From an uncultured Spirochaetota bacterium (GTDB lineage Bacteria > Spirochaetota > Brevinematia > Brevinematales > JAOACQ01), in NCBI GenBank assembly GCA_963835575.1, contig CAWIGG010000002.1, forward strand, positions 1,312,001-1,376,000: a stretch of DNA of 64,000 bases. Reading direction: 5' to 3'. The notes beneath the pieces are model-generated. The model was not told where the DNA came from, made no database searches, and was given only the letters and a program-made list of their open reading frames with translations. A program made the translations under genes and the position numbers. Positions 40,472 to 50,740 of the stretch are shown here, piece after piece; the first letter of the stretch is position 1, and each line of letters opens with the position of its first letter.

Positions 40472-40491
40472 GCTTCCTATGGCCGATCCCC

Positions 40492-42108
40492 TCAGAACAG
40501 CCCGCTGATATTCCCTTTATCATCCACGTCAATATTCAAAGCTGACGGCGCTTTCGGCAGGCCGGGCATCGTCATGATCTTGCCTGTATAAATAACGACA
40601 AATCCGGCCCCGGATGAGATCTTCGCGTTGCTGACCGTGATCCTGAAGCCCTTCGGCCTTCCGGCGAGCTTCGGGTTGTCGGAAAGGGACGACTGAGTTT
40701 TGGCCATACAGACGGGAAGGCCGCCGTAGCCCAGATTTTCTATCTGTTCAATCCGGGTTAACGCTTCCGCGGAAAAATCCACTCCGTCCGCGCCGTATAT
40801 CTCCCGCGCTATCGTTTCAACTTTTTCTTTAACCGGCACATTCAGTTCATAAAGCGGGCGGAATTTTTTCGTCCCTTGTTTCAGATTGCAGATCTTTTCC
40901 GCCAGTTCCAGGCCGCCCTCTCCGCCGCTTTCCCTGAAATCCGTAATGACAGCTTCCACTCCGGCGGAGAGGCATTTATCCCTTAATTCCAGAAGGTCTT
41001 TCTCTTTATCATCCAGGAAGCGGTTGACGGAAATAATAACAGGGACATTGAATTTCCGGATATTTTCCGCGTGCTTTAATATATTTTCAATGCCATGCAC
41101 AGCATAAGCCCTCAGTGTAACGACAAGCACAGCGGCCCTGGGTTTGAGGCCTCCGAGCCGGCATTTGATGTCGAAAAATTTTTCGGCGCCGAGGTCCGCG
41201 CCGAAGCCTGCTTCAGTCACAGTGTATTCGGAAAACTTCATGGCCATTTTTGTCGCTATCATTGTATTACAGCCATGGGCGATGTTCGCGAAAGGCCCGC
41301 CGTGGACAAACACCGGCGTGCCCTCTATTGTCTGGACAAGATTGGGATTGACGGCATGCTTCAGTAGCGCCGCCATGGCGCCCTGGATCTTCAAGTCCTT
41401 CGCGTAGATGGGCTTTTTGAGATAATCGTAGCCGATCATGATATTCCCTATCTTTTCCTTTAAATCCATCAGGTCTCTGGAAAGGCAGAGAATGGCCATG
41501 ATCTCCGAGGCCGCTGTGATCTCGAACCCGTCCTCCCGCATCACGCCGTTAATGCCGCGGTCTTCCAGACCGATTATCATGCTCCGCAGGGAGCGGTCGT
41601 TCATATCGATCGTCCTTTTCCAGACCACCTGCCGCGGATTGATCTCCGGCTCGTTTTTCTGGTGAAGATGGTTGTCGACGACGGAGGAAAGCAGGTTATG
41701 CGCGGTTGTCACGGCATGAATATCGCCTGTAAAATGGAGGTTGATGTCCTCCATCGGCAGGACCTGCGAATATCCTCCGCCTGCCGCTCCGCCCTTGACG
41801 CCCATACATGGGCCGAGAGACGGTTCGCGTATGGCGATCATCGTCCTTTTGCCGAGCTTTGCGAGCGCCTGGCCGAGCCCGATCGTGTTCGTCGTCTTAC
41901 CCTCGCCCAGCGATGTCGGGGTCATGGCCGTCACTAGAATGAGGCCGGCGTCGGGAGTGTCCGCATAGCGCTCCATAATGCCCAGAGGGACTTTCGCGAT
42001 GTACCTGCCGTAGGGTATGAGATCATTTTCCGTGAGGCCGATCGAGGCGGCTATATCGCCGATCGGCTTCATAACGCTTTTCTGCGCTATTTCTATATCT
42101 GAAAGCAT
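40492..42108 (-). CDS. fhs: Formate--tetrahydrofolate ligase
   Basis: SDIEIAQ, TPT..GEGKTT, KGGAAGGGYSQV, HGGPFANIAHG, MTMPGLP. Confidence 0.97.
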   Translation of the reverse strand: MLSDIEIAQKSVMKPIGDIAASIGLTENDLIPYGRYIAKVPLGIMERYADTPDAGLILVTAMTPTSLGEGKTTNTIGLGQALAKLGKRTMIAIREPSLGPCMGVKGGAAGGGYSQVLPMEDINLHFTGDIHAVTTAHNLLSSVVDNHLHQKNEPEINPRQVVWKRTIDMNDRSLRSMIIGLEDRGINGVMREDGFEITAASEIMAILCLSRDLMDLKEKIGNIMIGYDYLKKPIYAKDLKIQGAMAALLKHAVNPNLVQTIEGTPVFVHGGPFANIAHGCNTMIATKMAMKFSEYTVTEAGFGADLGAEKFFDIKCRLGGLKPRAAVLVVTLRAYAVHGIENILKHAENIRKFNVPVIISVNRFLDDKEKDLLELRDKCLSAGVEAVITDFRESGGEGGLELAEKICNLKQGTKKFRPLYELNVPVKEKVETIAREIYGADGVDFSAEALTRIEQIENLGYGGLPVCMAKTQSSLSDNPKLAGRPKGFRITVSNAKISSGAGFVVIYTGKIMTMPGLPKAPSALNIDVDDKGNISGLF

Positions 42109-42127
42109 CCATAAACTCCTTATTAAA

Positions 42128-43299
42128 TTACAGTATTACCGGAACGCCGAAGCTTCCCAGTAAACCGGCCAGGTTGTCCTCACTGATGACATGCTGGTTC
42201 ATATAATCCAGGACCGTTTTCATATCGAACTCCAGGGAAAAACCGGGCACCTGCTTGTAATTCTCGTCCGAATCATCAACAATGGTAATATTTTCACCGT
42301 CAACCGATTCGGAACGCATAATATCAGTCAGAATCTTATCCTTATTGATACCGTCGATTGCGGCTTTGAAATCCACAGGGCTCATTTCGCCGATAACGCT
42401 TTTCGAATCGCTGTCCGTCTGGATCTGAAAGCCGTAGCTGTAATCGAGCCCCAGCTTCGATTTCAGATAATCCGTAAAACATGAAAAAGCGCTAGAGACA
42501 ATCGCGATTTTATAACCCATCACCTTGAGGGTCTGGAGCAGCTCCAGAGTGGCGGGCATGGGTTTCACGGATTGTATGACTGTATTCAAAACATCAAACG
42601 GAAGATTATCAAGGCGCTTGAGGGCTTCTTTTATAAAAGAAGCGCTGCCGCCCGAAGCCATGGCTTTTATAACTGAAGGCTTGATATCCGCCTGCTTGAG
42701 TAATTCCTGAATGACAGCGGGCTCGATAAAACTTTTATTGATATGAAAGAGGATGACCCTCTTTTTTTATTGAAAACGTCTTCCGTCTGGAACATGGTAT
42801 TGATATTCAGGCTGTTCATTGTCTTCTTCAGCTCGGTCTTTAAATTCTGAACCGGAAGGGTACAGCGGCTGATGTCGGCCAGGAGCTCCATCAGGAACAT
42901 CCCGGCACGGGCGATGTTCTGTGAAAACTCAATATTGATATTGTATTTTGAAAGGCTTTCCGAAATTGCGGCGATGATCCCCGGCTTATCGCTTCCGATC
43001 AGGACAAGGAGCATATTCTTCTTGTCGGAGCTCCTCGGAACGGGATAATATTTGTCCAGGATAAGGTTCAGGTTCGTGTCCAGCGAAAGCTTTTCCACAA
43101 GCTTTTTAAGTCCCTCCAGGCCGATGCCGGAATTGGAAAAATCCGTCACCAAGAATATGGTAAAGAGGCCGTGCATAACGTCCTGGCGCATATCGACGAT
43201 ATTGCCGTTAATTTTCGAGATTTCCTTCGTTATCCTGCCGACCAGGCCGACGGAATCACTGCCTGTGCCGTAGATGATATAAAGACTATGCTCCAGCAT
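42128..43299 (-). pseudogene. ACT-ACT-HAD (SerB-like) protein split by a frameshift in an A7 run
   Basis: Two ACT domains (G.D..GLV, G.DKPGII). One added A near 42765 gives FNKKKRVILFHINKSF... and joins 42128-42661. Confidence 0.75.
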
Positions 43300-43831
43300 A
43301 AGGGCCTCCTGTTATTAAAAAAGCTATGCTGTTATTTTAACATTTTTAGATAAAATATTCTAATTTAAAGACTGCCGGGATATTTGCCGCAGAGGAGCTT
43401 AGGACGCGGAGTAAGGAATGGAGGTATTAACACATCTTCTATTATTTTATTGAATCTCATGTTTGGGAGTTTTTATTGTAAAATCTGATTTTATCATAGA
43501 CGGATTGGGTGAATGGATTCGGCAGAGCCTGCCCTGAGCTTGCAACGAAGGGCTCACCACAAGTTTTTAAGGATTTAGTTTTAAGCTTTGCGGCTTTTTA
43601 ATTCAAATCAGGGCTTTTGATATCTGAGATAGTTATAATAAATAACTGAGGGAGCTGAGATAATGGAAGGGTTGGGAATGCGGCTATGCCCGACGGATAA
43701 AATATTATTTTAGATGAGTTTATCCATTACCTTCCGACAACATGACAAATCTCTCACTTCCCTTTAAAATTATATCCTGTTAATCCTGCTGATCCTGATC
43801 TATTGGGGCAGTATAATAAAGGAAGGAACAA

Positions 43832-44566
43832 ATGTTCGACATGCTTTTCTTCATCATCACAACTTCGCTCTTTGACAGCGTTTCCACTACCCAGCAGATC
43901 ATCATATTCGCGCTCCTCCTGGCCACAAACCGTCCGGCGGCAAACGCTTTCAGCTTCCTGGCCGGTCTGTCCCTTTCCTATCTTGCACTCGGCATCATTG
44001 GACTTCTGGAAATCGGCAAACTGAACGCTCTGCTGGGCAATTTCATCAATATGCCTTCCATGATTTCTGATACCTCTTATTATAAAATACAGCTGATCAC
44101 AGGGGTCCTATTCCTGATCTGGGGAATTGTTTACGCCGTCAGGAAGAAGTATTCCAAAAAACCGCCGTCGGAAAACTCTCTGATCGCCCGTCTCAAGCGC
44201 ATCAATCCAGTTATCTGTCTCTTGATAGGCGTTTTTATCACCGTTTCCTGTTTTCCCGTTTCCCTGCCCTATATCGGCGCCATTGAAAAGCTGGACCATT
44301 CGTCGCTCGCGTTTCATTCCAGGATCCTCATGATCGTTTTATACAATATCGTTTACGCCCTGCCGATGCTCATTGTCTATCCGCTTTATCTATACCTCCG
44401 GTCTCACGTGGAAGACTGGGAGCATAAGCTTCACTTTCATATCAACCGCTGGAACGTCGTACTGACCTTCCTGCTCCTCGCCGGTATGGGACTTTTATTC
44501 ATCATCGATTCGGCCTTTTACTATTCAACAGCGCATCCTTTATTGAAAACCAAATTTCTCTGGTAA
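43832..44566 (+). CDS. GAP/Sap-family membrane protein
   Basis: DSVS..IIIFALLLAT.RP..NA.SFLAG, LPY.GAI, LYNIVYALP. Confidence 0.7.
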   Translation: MFDMLFFIITTSLFDSVSTTQQIIIFALLLATNRPAANAFSFLAGLSLSYLALGIIGLLEIGKLNALLGNFINMPSMISDTSYYKIQLITGVLFLIWGIVYAVRKKYSKKPPSENSLIARLKRINPVICLLIGVFITVSCFPVSLPYIGAIEKLDHSSLAFHSRILMIVLYNIVYALPMLIVYPLYLYLRSHVEDWEHKLHFHINRWNVVLTFLLLAGMGLLFIIDSAFYYSTAHPLLKTKFLW

Positions 44567-44720
44567 TACTGATAAACCGGTATCAGCATGGACGCGAAGC
44601 ATTGCGTCTCTGATTATATTGAGGAATCTCTATTTTATTATATTTTATTTTTTTACTTTCCGTCCGCCGGCGGACATGCTATGTTGAGGAACAGTGCAAC
44701 TGAGTTGTATTCTTTTCCCC

Positions 44721-44749
44721 TTGACTTATACAAACTTTGTATTTACAAT
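44721..44749 (+). promoter_or_regulatory. Sigma70 promoter with an overlapping palindromic operator
   Basis: TTGACT-N17-TACAAT. The spacer contains the inverted repeat ATACAAA-C-TTTGTAT. Confidence 0.65.
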
Positions 44750-44772
44750 TATACAATAAATCGGAGGATTTT

Positions 44773-45024
44773 ATGAGCGTCAATACAGTAAACATTTCCT
44801 TTAATAAGGAAATGCTAAATAAAATCGATAAAATCGCTAAGGAAGAGGATCGTACCCGATCGGATTTACTGCGTGAAGCTGCAAGGATGTATATTGAAAG
44901 AAAAAAAAGATGGGAACAGATCTTTTCTTACGGTGACAATCAAAAGAAAACCGTGAATATTCCCGAGCCAGAACTTCAAAATGAAATACACCAATACAGA
45001 AATCAGAAAAGGACTGAAAATTGA
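44773..45024 (+). CDS. Ribbon-helix-helix (CopG) antitoxin
   Basis: TVNISF..IDKIAKEE.RTRSDLLREA.R.YI; GGAGG RBS. Confidence 0.85.
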   Translation: MSVNTVNISFNKEMLNKIDKIAKEEDRTRSDLLREAARMYIERKKRWEQIFSYGDNQKKTVNIPEPELQNEIHQYRNQKRTEN

Positions 45025-45419
45025 TTAAAGCTGTTCTGGACTCAAACGTCATTATTTTCGGTATTGTGTTCGGCGGAAAACCGAGGAAATTGCTCCAATT
45101 GATTATTGAAGGCAGGGTATATTTACACATTTCAAAGGAAATAATCGATGAAATCCTGGAAATACTGGAAATCAAATTTAATTTTTCAAAAAAGACGCTA
45201 CTGGCAATTGAAAACGAATTAAGCTCGACAGCTAATGTGGTAGAACCGGAAATAAAAATAGATTTAATTAAAGAAGACACTGATGATAATAAAATACTTG
45301 AATGCGCCGCCGCCGCGGATTGCGATTATATCATTTCCGGGGACCATCATCTCCTATCCCTTGAAAAATATCAAGCAATAGAAATTATGTCCGTTTCTGA
45401 TTTTTTGGAGCTTCTGTAA
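45021..45419 (+). CDS. PIN-domain putative toxin
   Basis: AVLDSNVII, DDNKILECA, YIISGD.HLL. Confidence 0.88.
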   Translation: MIKAVLDSNVIIFGIVFGGKPRKLLQLIIEGRVYLHISKEIIDEILEILEIKFNFSKKTLLAIENELSSTANVVEPEIKIDLIKEDTDDNKILECAAAADCDYIISGDHHLLSLEKYQAIEIMSVSDFLELL

Positions 45420-45550
45420 TTCATCGTCCAATTATTCTTTTTTTTATTTATTATTTTACTTTCCGTCCGCCTGCGGACATGCCAGTCGTACGGAACAGCC
45501 GAAGGCTGTGCCGCCCTCCACTGCCATACCTGCAAAGGCGATAAAAAACA

Positions 45551-46336
45551 TTAATCCACAATCTTCTTCTTAAGCCGGCTGATCCCCAGATAGCCGAAGA
45601 TGAGAATAAAAGCGATGATGTACAGAATATCGAAAAGGAGAGAGATTTCATAACGATTGAAGCAGAGGGCGCGCGCGAGGCGGACGGTGTGCGTCAGGGG
45701 AACTATCTCCGCGATGATGCGGAAGGGCCCCGGAAGGCTTGAGATGGAAAAGACGATGCCTGAAAAAAAGAACATCGGCGAGAGAAAGCCAGTAAAAAAG
45801 AAATTGAACTGGTCTATACCGCTCACAAGAGAAGTGATGAACATCGCTATGGACGCGAACATCAGGCCGGTTAATAATCCGATAAAAGGGGTCAAAAAGC
45901 TGGTAAGGGAAGGGACAAACCCGAATAATTTAATGATGATCAACACCGCCAATGAGAAAAAGAAACCCTTGACGCCGGCCCAGAGTATCTCGCCCAGAAA
46001 GATATTCTCCGCCGTCAGCGGCGCGGCGATCATCCCGTCATAAATTTTGTCGAACTCAAGGCGGATATACGTGCCGTAGGAGCATTCAAAGGCCGAAGTG
46101 AACATCGCCGTTGAGACAAGAAGGCCTGTCGCCAGAAACTGCACATAAGGCACACCGTCCATGGTGCCGATGGAAACACCAAGCCCTATGCCGATTCCGG
46201 CCAGGAATATGAACGGGTCCAGAAAAGGCGGAAAGGCGTTGGTTATGAAATTCTTCGTATAGACGCGCATATGCCGGTACCAGACGCTGTATATCCTGTG
46301 AAAAAAAGAAGGGACGCACGGCTTATTGTTCCTCAT
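45551..46336 (-). CDS. ABC-2 permease (NodJ-like)
   Basis: Y..FLATGL, GEILWA, PMFFFSG, PLTH.V. Confidence 0.88.
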   Translation of the reverse strand: MRNNKPCVPSFFHRIYSVWYRHMRVYTKNFITNAFPPFLDPFIFLAGIGIGLGVSIGTMDGVPYVQFLATGLLVSTAMFTSAFECSYGTYIRLEFDKIYDGMIAAPLTAENIFLGEILWAGVKGFFFSLAVLIIIKLFGFVPSLTSFLTPFIGLLTGLMFASIAMFITSLVSGIDQFNFFFTGFLSPMFFFSGIVFSISSLPGPFRIIAEIVPLTHTVRLARALCFNRYEISLLFDILYIIAFILIFGYLGISRLKKKIVD

Positions 46337-47255
46337 TGAGGCTCCTCCCTGTCGTTTTAAGGAAGAGGTCTTCCAGGTTCGACTGCCGGATGTAAAAATC
46401 GCCCGCTCCCATGCATTCAGCCAGTTCTTCAAGATACCTCAGATCATTCGAATAGTAAACGATCATCTCCTCCGATTCCTCTTTCCGGCCTTTATCCGCG
46501 TTTATTTTTTTCTCAAGGCATTTCGCGTTCTCTTTATTAATGATCTGGAGAGCGTATTTTTCAATATGTTTCGCGATAAGCCCATGGGGATTGCCTTCCA
46601 TCACTTTGACGCCTTTGTCCATGATAATGACATTATCGCAGATCTCAAACGCCTCATCCATGTAATGGGTGGTCAGGAGAATAGTGACGCCCTCTTTTTT
46701 CAGCTTCCTGATCTTGTCCCAGATCAGGTGCCGGACCTGCGGGTCAAGGCCGGTCGTTGGTTCATCCAGAATGAGCAGGCTCGGATCATTAAGCAGGGCG
46801 CGCGCTATGATCAGGCGGCGCTTCATTCCGCCGGAAAGCTCGCGGACCTTCGCTTTCTTTTTGTCTGAAAGTTCCATAAAATCGAGCAGCTCACCTATCC
46901 TCTTCTTTGCCTCCGCGTCGGGAATTCCGTAAAAGCGTGAGTAAAGATAAAGGTTTAAAAATACATTGACTTCCTCGTCAAGATTGTCTTCCTGCGGGAC
47001 AACGCCGGAGAGCGATTTGATCTCGAGCTGATTTTCGGCCGGGTCAAACCCGAGAACATTGATTTTGCTGTGCACTAAATCGTCCCTGACGGCTTTTCCA
47101 TACAGCATCTTCATCATGGTCGTTTTGCCCGCGCCGTTCGGGCCCAGGAAACCGAAGCACGTCGCTTCCTCAACCTCGAAAGAGAGATTTTTGACAGCCC
47201 TGATGTCTTTATAGCTTTTGCTGACATTATTTACGGTGATAACGGTTCGACTCAT
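46323..47255 (-). CDS. ABC exporter ATP-binding protein (NodI-like)
   Basis: GPNGAGKTT, LSGGMKRRL, LDEPTTGLDPQ. Confidence 0.92.
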   Translation of the reverse strand: MSRTVITVNNVSKSYKDIRAVKNLSFEVEEATCFGFLGPNGAGKTTMMKMLYGKAVRDDLVHSKINVLGFDPAENQLEIKSLSGVVPQEDNLDEEVNVFLNLYLYSRFYGIPDAEAKKRIGELLDFMELSDKKKAKVRELSGGMKRRLIIARALLNDPSLLILDEPTTGLDPQVRHLIWDKIRKLKKEGVTILLTTHYMDEAFEICDNVIIMDKGVKVMEGNPHGLIAKHIEKYALQIINKENAKCLEKKINADKGRKEESEEMIVYYSNDLRYLEELAECMGAGDFYIRQSNLEDLFLKTTGRSLNEEQ

Positions 47256-47354
47256 TTTCCTTCCTTATTAATAATTGTCTTAACCTAATGATTATAACAA
47301 CCGGCCTTGATTTTGTAAAATTCAATTTATTTTTTTATTAAACAATCTTTTCAT

Positions 47355-47730
47355 TTACAACCAAGAACACTAAAGGGATCGGAGGCCGCAGAAAACCAGG
47401 AGAAATATTCGACCACAGATTTCACAGATTACGAAAGTGTCTAATTGGATGGACTCCACCCTTTATACAAAAGAACTCAATTAAGAATCCTTTTCAATCA
47501 TATTAAAGCTCATAGGCCAAACACAATTTAAATCGGGATTTCACTGATTATCCATACAGATATATTCCTTAAACCTAACTCCCAAATTCCATCTGTGCAA
47601 TCAGTGAAATCTGTGGTTCCCTCCGGTGTTCAGTGGTTAACCCCCGTTAGTGGTCTGCAACTTGTACTAGACCCAGGTCCCGGATTAAATCGGGGAGATC
47701 CGGGTTGCTCTTTGTTTCTTTGTGGTCAGA
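47355..47730. repeat. Nested 9-bp-period palindromic repeats
   Basis: ACCACAGATTTCACAGATT paired with ATCTGTGCAATCAGTGAAATCTGTGGT, plus outer degenerate arms. Confidence 0.6.
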
Positions 47731-47732
47731 AA

Positions 47733-49034
47733 TCAAGAAATCCCGATATCCGTCGGCGCCCTTCCCAGGCTTTTCAGCAGAGTCAATGTTTCCTCAATCT
47801 GTTTATTTAAATCCTCGTTCATATGCGCGCGGTACGGATAAATGGAGTATGCCTTTTTATATTGAGAAGGCGTCAGGTTGAGCATCACGGAGTTAGCGCC
47901 CGCCATCAGGCCTCTGCTCCGGGCCTCCTTACTGAGTGTTTCGAAGCCTGTCGTGACCAGTATCTTAGCGTTTTCCGGATCGGCGATCCTTGCCAGCGCG
48001 ATTGTTTTTAATATCAATTCAACGGGAGGTTTCTTCTGCCTTTCGAGGATCGTCCCCGGCGAAGGCAGGAACGGACCGAAGCTGTACATTTCCGTATGCA
48101 GTTCCCTGGCCAGGAGGATATCGTTCACAATGTCTTCCTCCGTCTGTCCCGGCAGGCCGATGAGCGAACCTGTGATGATGAGATAGCCTATTTTATAAGC
48201 TTCCCTCAAATGTTCCAGCCTTGTCCCGAGCGAATAGCCCGGATGAAGCTTTTTATAAATTTCCGGTTTCGATGTCTCGAACCGGAGGAGGAGTCCCCTC
48301 GCGCCGGCCTCATAAAGCTTTTTCAGTCCTTCGACGCCGGTCTCGCCGAAACTGATGAATATCAGCACAGGGTCCCTTTCTTTTATTTTCCGGATGATGA
48401 GAGCCAGTGCGTCAGAAGAATAACCGCAATTCTCGCCGCTCTGGAGGACAAGGGCTTTAAAGCCGTATGTCTGAATGGCTTCATGAGCGCTTTCCAGGAT
48501 CTCATTTTCCGTCATCCTGTACCGTTTGACGTTTTTAACTCCAATGGAAATACCGCAGTAGGCGCAGTTCCTGGAACATTGATTGGAAAACTCGATAATG
48601 CCATGGACACAGCATGAATTTTTATGGTACTTTTGTCTCAGCTGATTGGCGGTATGATAGAGTTCTTCCAGAGCACCGGGTTTCTTCATTTTCATCAGGA
48701 CCGTCATTTCCTGCCAAGTCAGTTCTTCACGGCGGAGCGCTTTTTCGAGCAGGTTTCCGGCATTTGAATCTATTGATTTGCCTTTACGATTAATACTCAG
48801 AAGCTCCTCGTCTTTTTTCTGGAGCTCAAAGAACAGTTCCCTCCAGGTTTTGAGTATCTCCTTCGCTTCCTTCGGCGCTATTTTTTCAATAACAAACCCG
48901 CCCTGAGCGTAGATATAATCGCCCGGAGTGAGGTCATGAAACTCGTTCAGCGCTTTCTTCTCCTCGCCGAAATAATCGACATACGCCCATTTTCCATCAA
49001 CAGACTTGACTTTACCCGGTATGGCATAACACAT
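47733..49034 (-). CDS. HypC/HupF-like domain fused to a HydE/BioB-like radical SAM enzyme
   Basis: N-terminus MCYAIPGKV..VDYFG..PGDYI..GF.IEKI. Then IIEFSNQCSRNCAYCG, LVLQSGE, LLRFETS, IGLPGQT, AGANSVM.NLTP. Confidence 0.85.
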   Translation of the reverse strand: MCYAIPGKVKSVDGKWAYVDYFGEEKKALNEFHDLTPGDYIYAQGGFVIEKIAPKEAKEILKTWRELFFELQKKDEELLSINRKGKSIDSNAGNLLEKALRREELTWQEMTVLMKMKKPGALEELYHTANQLRQKYHKNSCCVHGIIEFSNQCSRNCAYCGISIGVKNVKRYRMTENEILESAHEAIQTYGFKALVLQSGENCGYSSDALALIIRKIKERDPVLIFISFGETGVEGLKKLYEAGARGLLLRFETSKPEIYKKLHPGYSLGTRLEHLREAYKIGYLIITGSLIGLPGQTEEDIVNDILLARELHTEMYSFGPFLPSPGTILERQKKPPVELILKTIALARIADPENAKILVTTGFETLSKEARSRGLMAGANSVMLNLTPSQYKKAYSIYPYRAHMNEDLNKQIEETLTLLKSLGRAPTDIGIS

Positions 49035-49202
49035 GGCAATTGTCACCTCTTAACTGATAATTATACTGCATTTTAAACCAAGCGTCAAATTACATATCAT
49101 AGCTGTCCTTCTAATAATTTTCACAGGAAGGCCTCGCGGATAATTAATAAAAATATTTTATTAACTTAAATAGGGAATCTGTGTAAATCCGTTGAATCTG
49201 CG

Positions 49203-50598
49203 GAGTTATAATAGAAAGTTGTGTATAGGAATAAATATTATAAAAAAGATGGCGTACCCTCTATAATTTATTTACGACAATAAACAAAAGGAGGAATACG
49301 CCATATGCCGAAGCACAACGAAGATTTTAAGCTCTTAGAGGCTTTTAATCAAGATGAAACAGTAGAATTTTTATGTCTTGAAGAATTGGCAAGGATCGGG
49401 GCCAGGGAAATAATCAAGAAGGCTCTGGAAGATGAAATTAATGGGTTTCTTCAGGAGAGAGAGCATTTAACTATCGAAGACGGGAGAAAGGCAATAGTAA
49501 GAAATGGGTATCATAAAGCCCGTCAGATTCTCATTGGTGGAGGGGCTATTGATGTATGTATTCCGAGAACAAGGAACCGACTCGGAGGCGACAATTTTCA
49601 AAGCCTAATAGTACCGCCGTATATGAGAAAAAGCCTGAGAATTGAGGAAGCCATTCCATTGTTGTATCTCTATGGAGTCTCAGAGATGGATATGGAGAAT
49701 GCCTTGAGAGGATTGCTTGGTGAAGAAGCGAAAGGATTATCAGCCTCAAGTATAAGCAGAATGAAACAAGGATGGGGTAAAGAATATGATGAGTGGCGGA
49801 CATCCGATTTAAGCGATAAAAAGTATTGCTATATATGGGTTGACGGCATTTACTTCAATGTACAGGGCAGCGAAGACCGTTTATGCACTCTTGTAATGAT
49901 CGGAGCCAATGAGAATGGTGAAAAGGAGATTATTCTTGTTGAAGAAGGTTACAGAGAGAATTCCGAGACTTGGTTAGGGATATTAAGAAACCTAAAAGAA
50001 AAAGGTTTGAAAGGTCCTATTCTTTTTATCGGAGACGGAAGCCTTGGATTCTGGAAAGCAGCCAAAGAAGTATATCCTGAATCCAGATGGCAGAGATGCT
50101 GGGTTCATAAGATAAAGAACATTCTAAACAAGCTGCCCAAAGTATTACAGTCAAAGGCAAAAGAGATGCTTCATGAGATATGCAATGCTCCTGATAAGGA
50201 TAATGCTATCAAAGCTTTTGAATTATTCCAGGCGGTTTTTAATCCTAAATATCCAGCAGCTGTCGAATGTTTAGAAAAAGATTGGGAGCTTATGATCGAA
50301 TTTTATAACTGTCCGGCGGAACATTGGGTACATATCCGTACGACAAACGTAATAGAATCTACCTTCTCTACAGTTCGATTAAGAACTAAAAAGATGAGAG
50401 GCTGCGGAACCAGGGAAACGATTCTAATAATGGTCTATAAATTACTGGATAAGGCATCCAGGCGATGGAGAAAATTAAGAGGTTATGAAAAGATTTGCCT
50501 TGTATTGGAAGGCGCTGTTTTTGAGAACGGAGAGCTTGTAAAAAAGGCAGCATAAAAAAATGAGAGGGTATGTCATACACAACATTTGACAAAAACTC
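49203..50598 (+). mobile_element. IS256-family element, intact
   Basis: Imperfect 24-bp IRs GAGTT...GTTGTGTAT. 9-bp target duplication GAATCTGCG (49194-49202 and 50599-50607). Confidence 0.93.
49305..50555 (+). CDS. IS256 (Mutator) transposase
   Basis: RNGY, YIWVDGIY, GDG.LGFW, QRCWVHK, RTTNVIES. Confidence 0.95.
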   Translation: MPKHNEDFKLLEAFNQDETVEFLCLEELARIGAREIIKKALEDEINGFLQEREHLTIEDGRKAIVRNGYHKARQILIGGGAIDVCIPRTRNRLGGDNFQSLIVPPYMRKSLRIEEAIPLLYLYGVSEMDMENALRGLLGEEAKGLSASSISRMKQGWGKEYDEWRTSDLSDKKYCYIWVDGIYFNVQGSEDRLCTLVMIGANENGEKEIILVEEGYRENSETWLGILRNLKEKGLKGPILFIGDGSLGFWKAAKEVYPESRWQRCWVHKIKNILNKLPKVLQSKAKEMLHEICNAPDKDNAIKAFELFQAVFNPKYPAAVECLEKDWELMIEFYNCPAEHWVHIRTTNVIESTFSTVRLRTKKMRGCGTRETILIMVYKLLDKASRRWRKLRGYEKICLVLEGAVFENGELVKKAA

Positions 50599-50740
50599 GA
50601 ATCTGCGAAAATCTGTGTTAAATTGGGGTTTAATAATAAGGGGCCTTTGAGCTTATGAATTTCATATATTACAGCATTTTTTGGAAAAACCGCCGGAATA
50701 AAGTTATAATATCTCCTTATTAGAATTAAAGAGGACATCT

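Larger units (their letters stand above)
44651..45482 (+). repeat. 29-bp direct repeats flanking TA module 2
   Basis: TTTTACTTTCCGTCCGCC(G/T)GCGGACATGC at 44651-44679 and 45454-45482 (28/29 identical). Confidence 0.8.

Noticed and set aside
37341..49034. Pyrrolysine system (in-frame TAG plus a PylB-like radical SAM)
   Set aside because: No pylS/T/C/D is visible, TAG ends many ordinary genes here, and the radical SAM motifs look more HydE-like.
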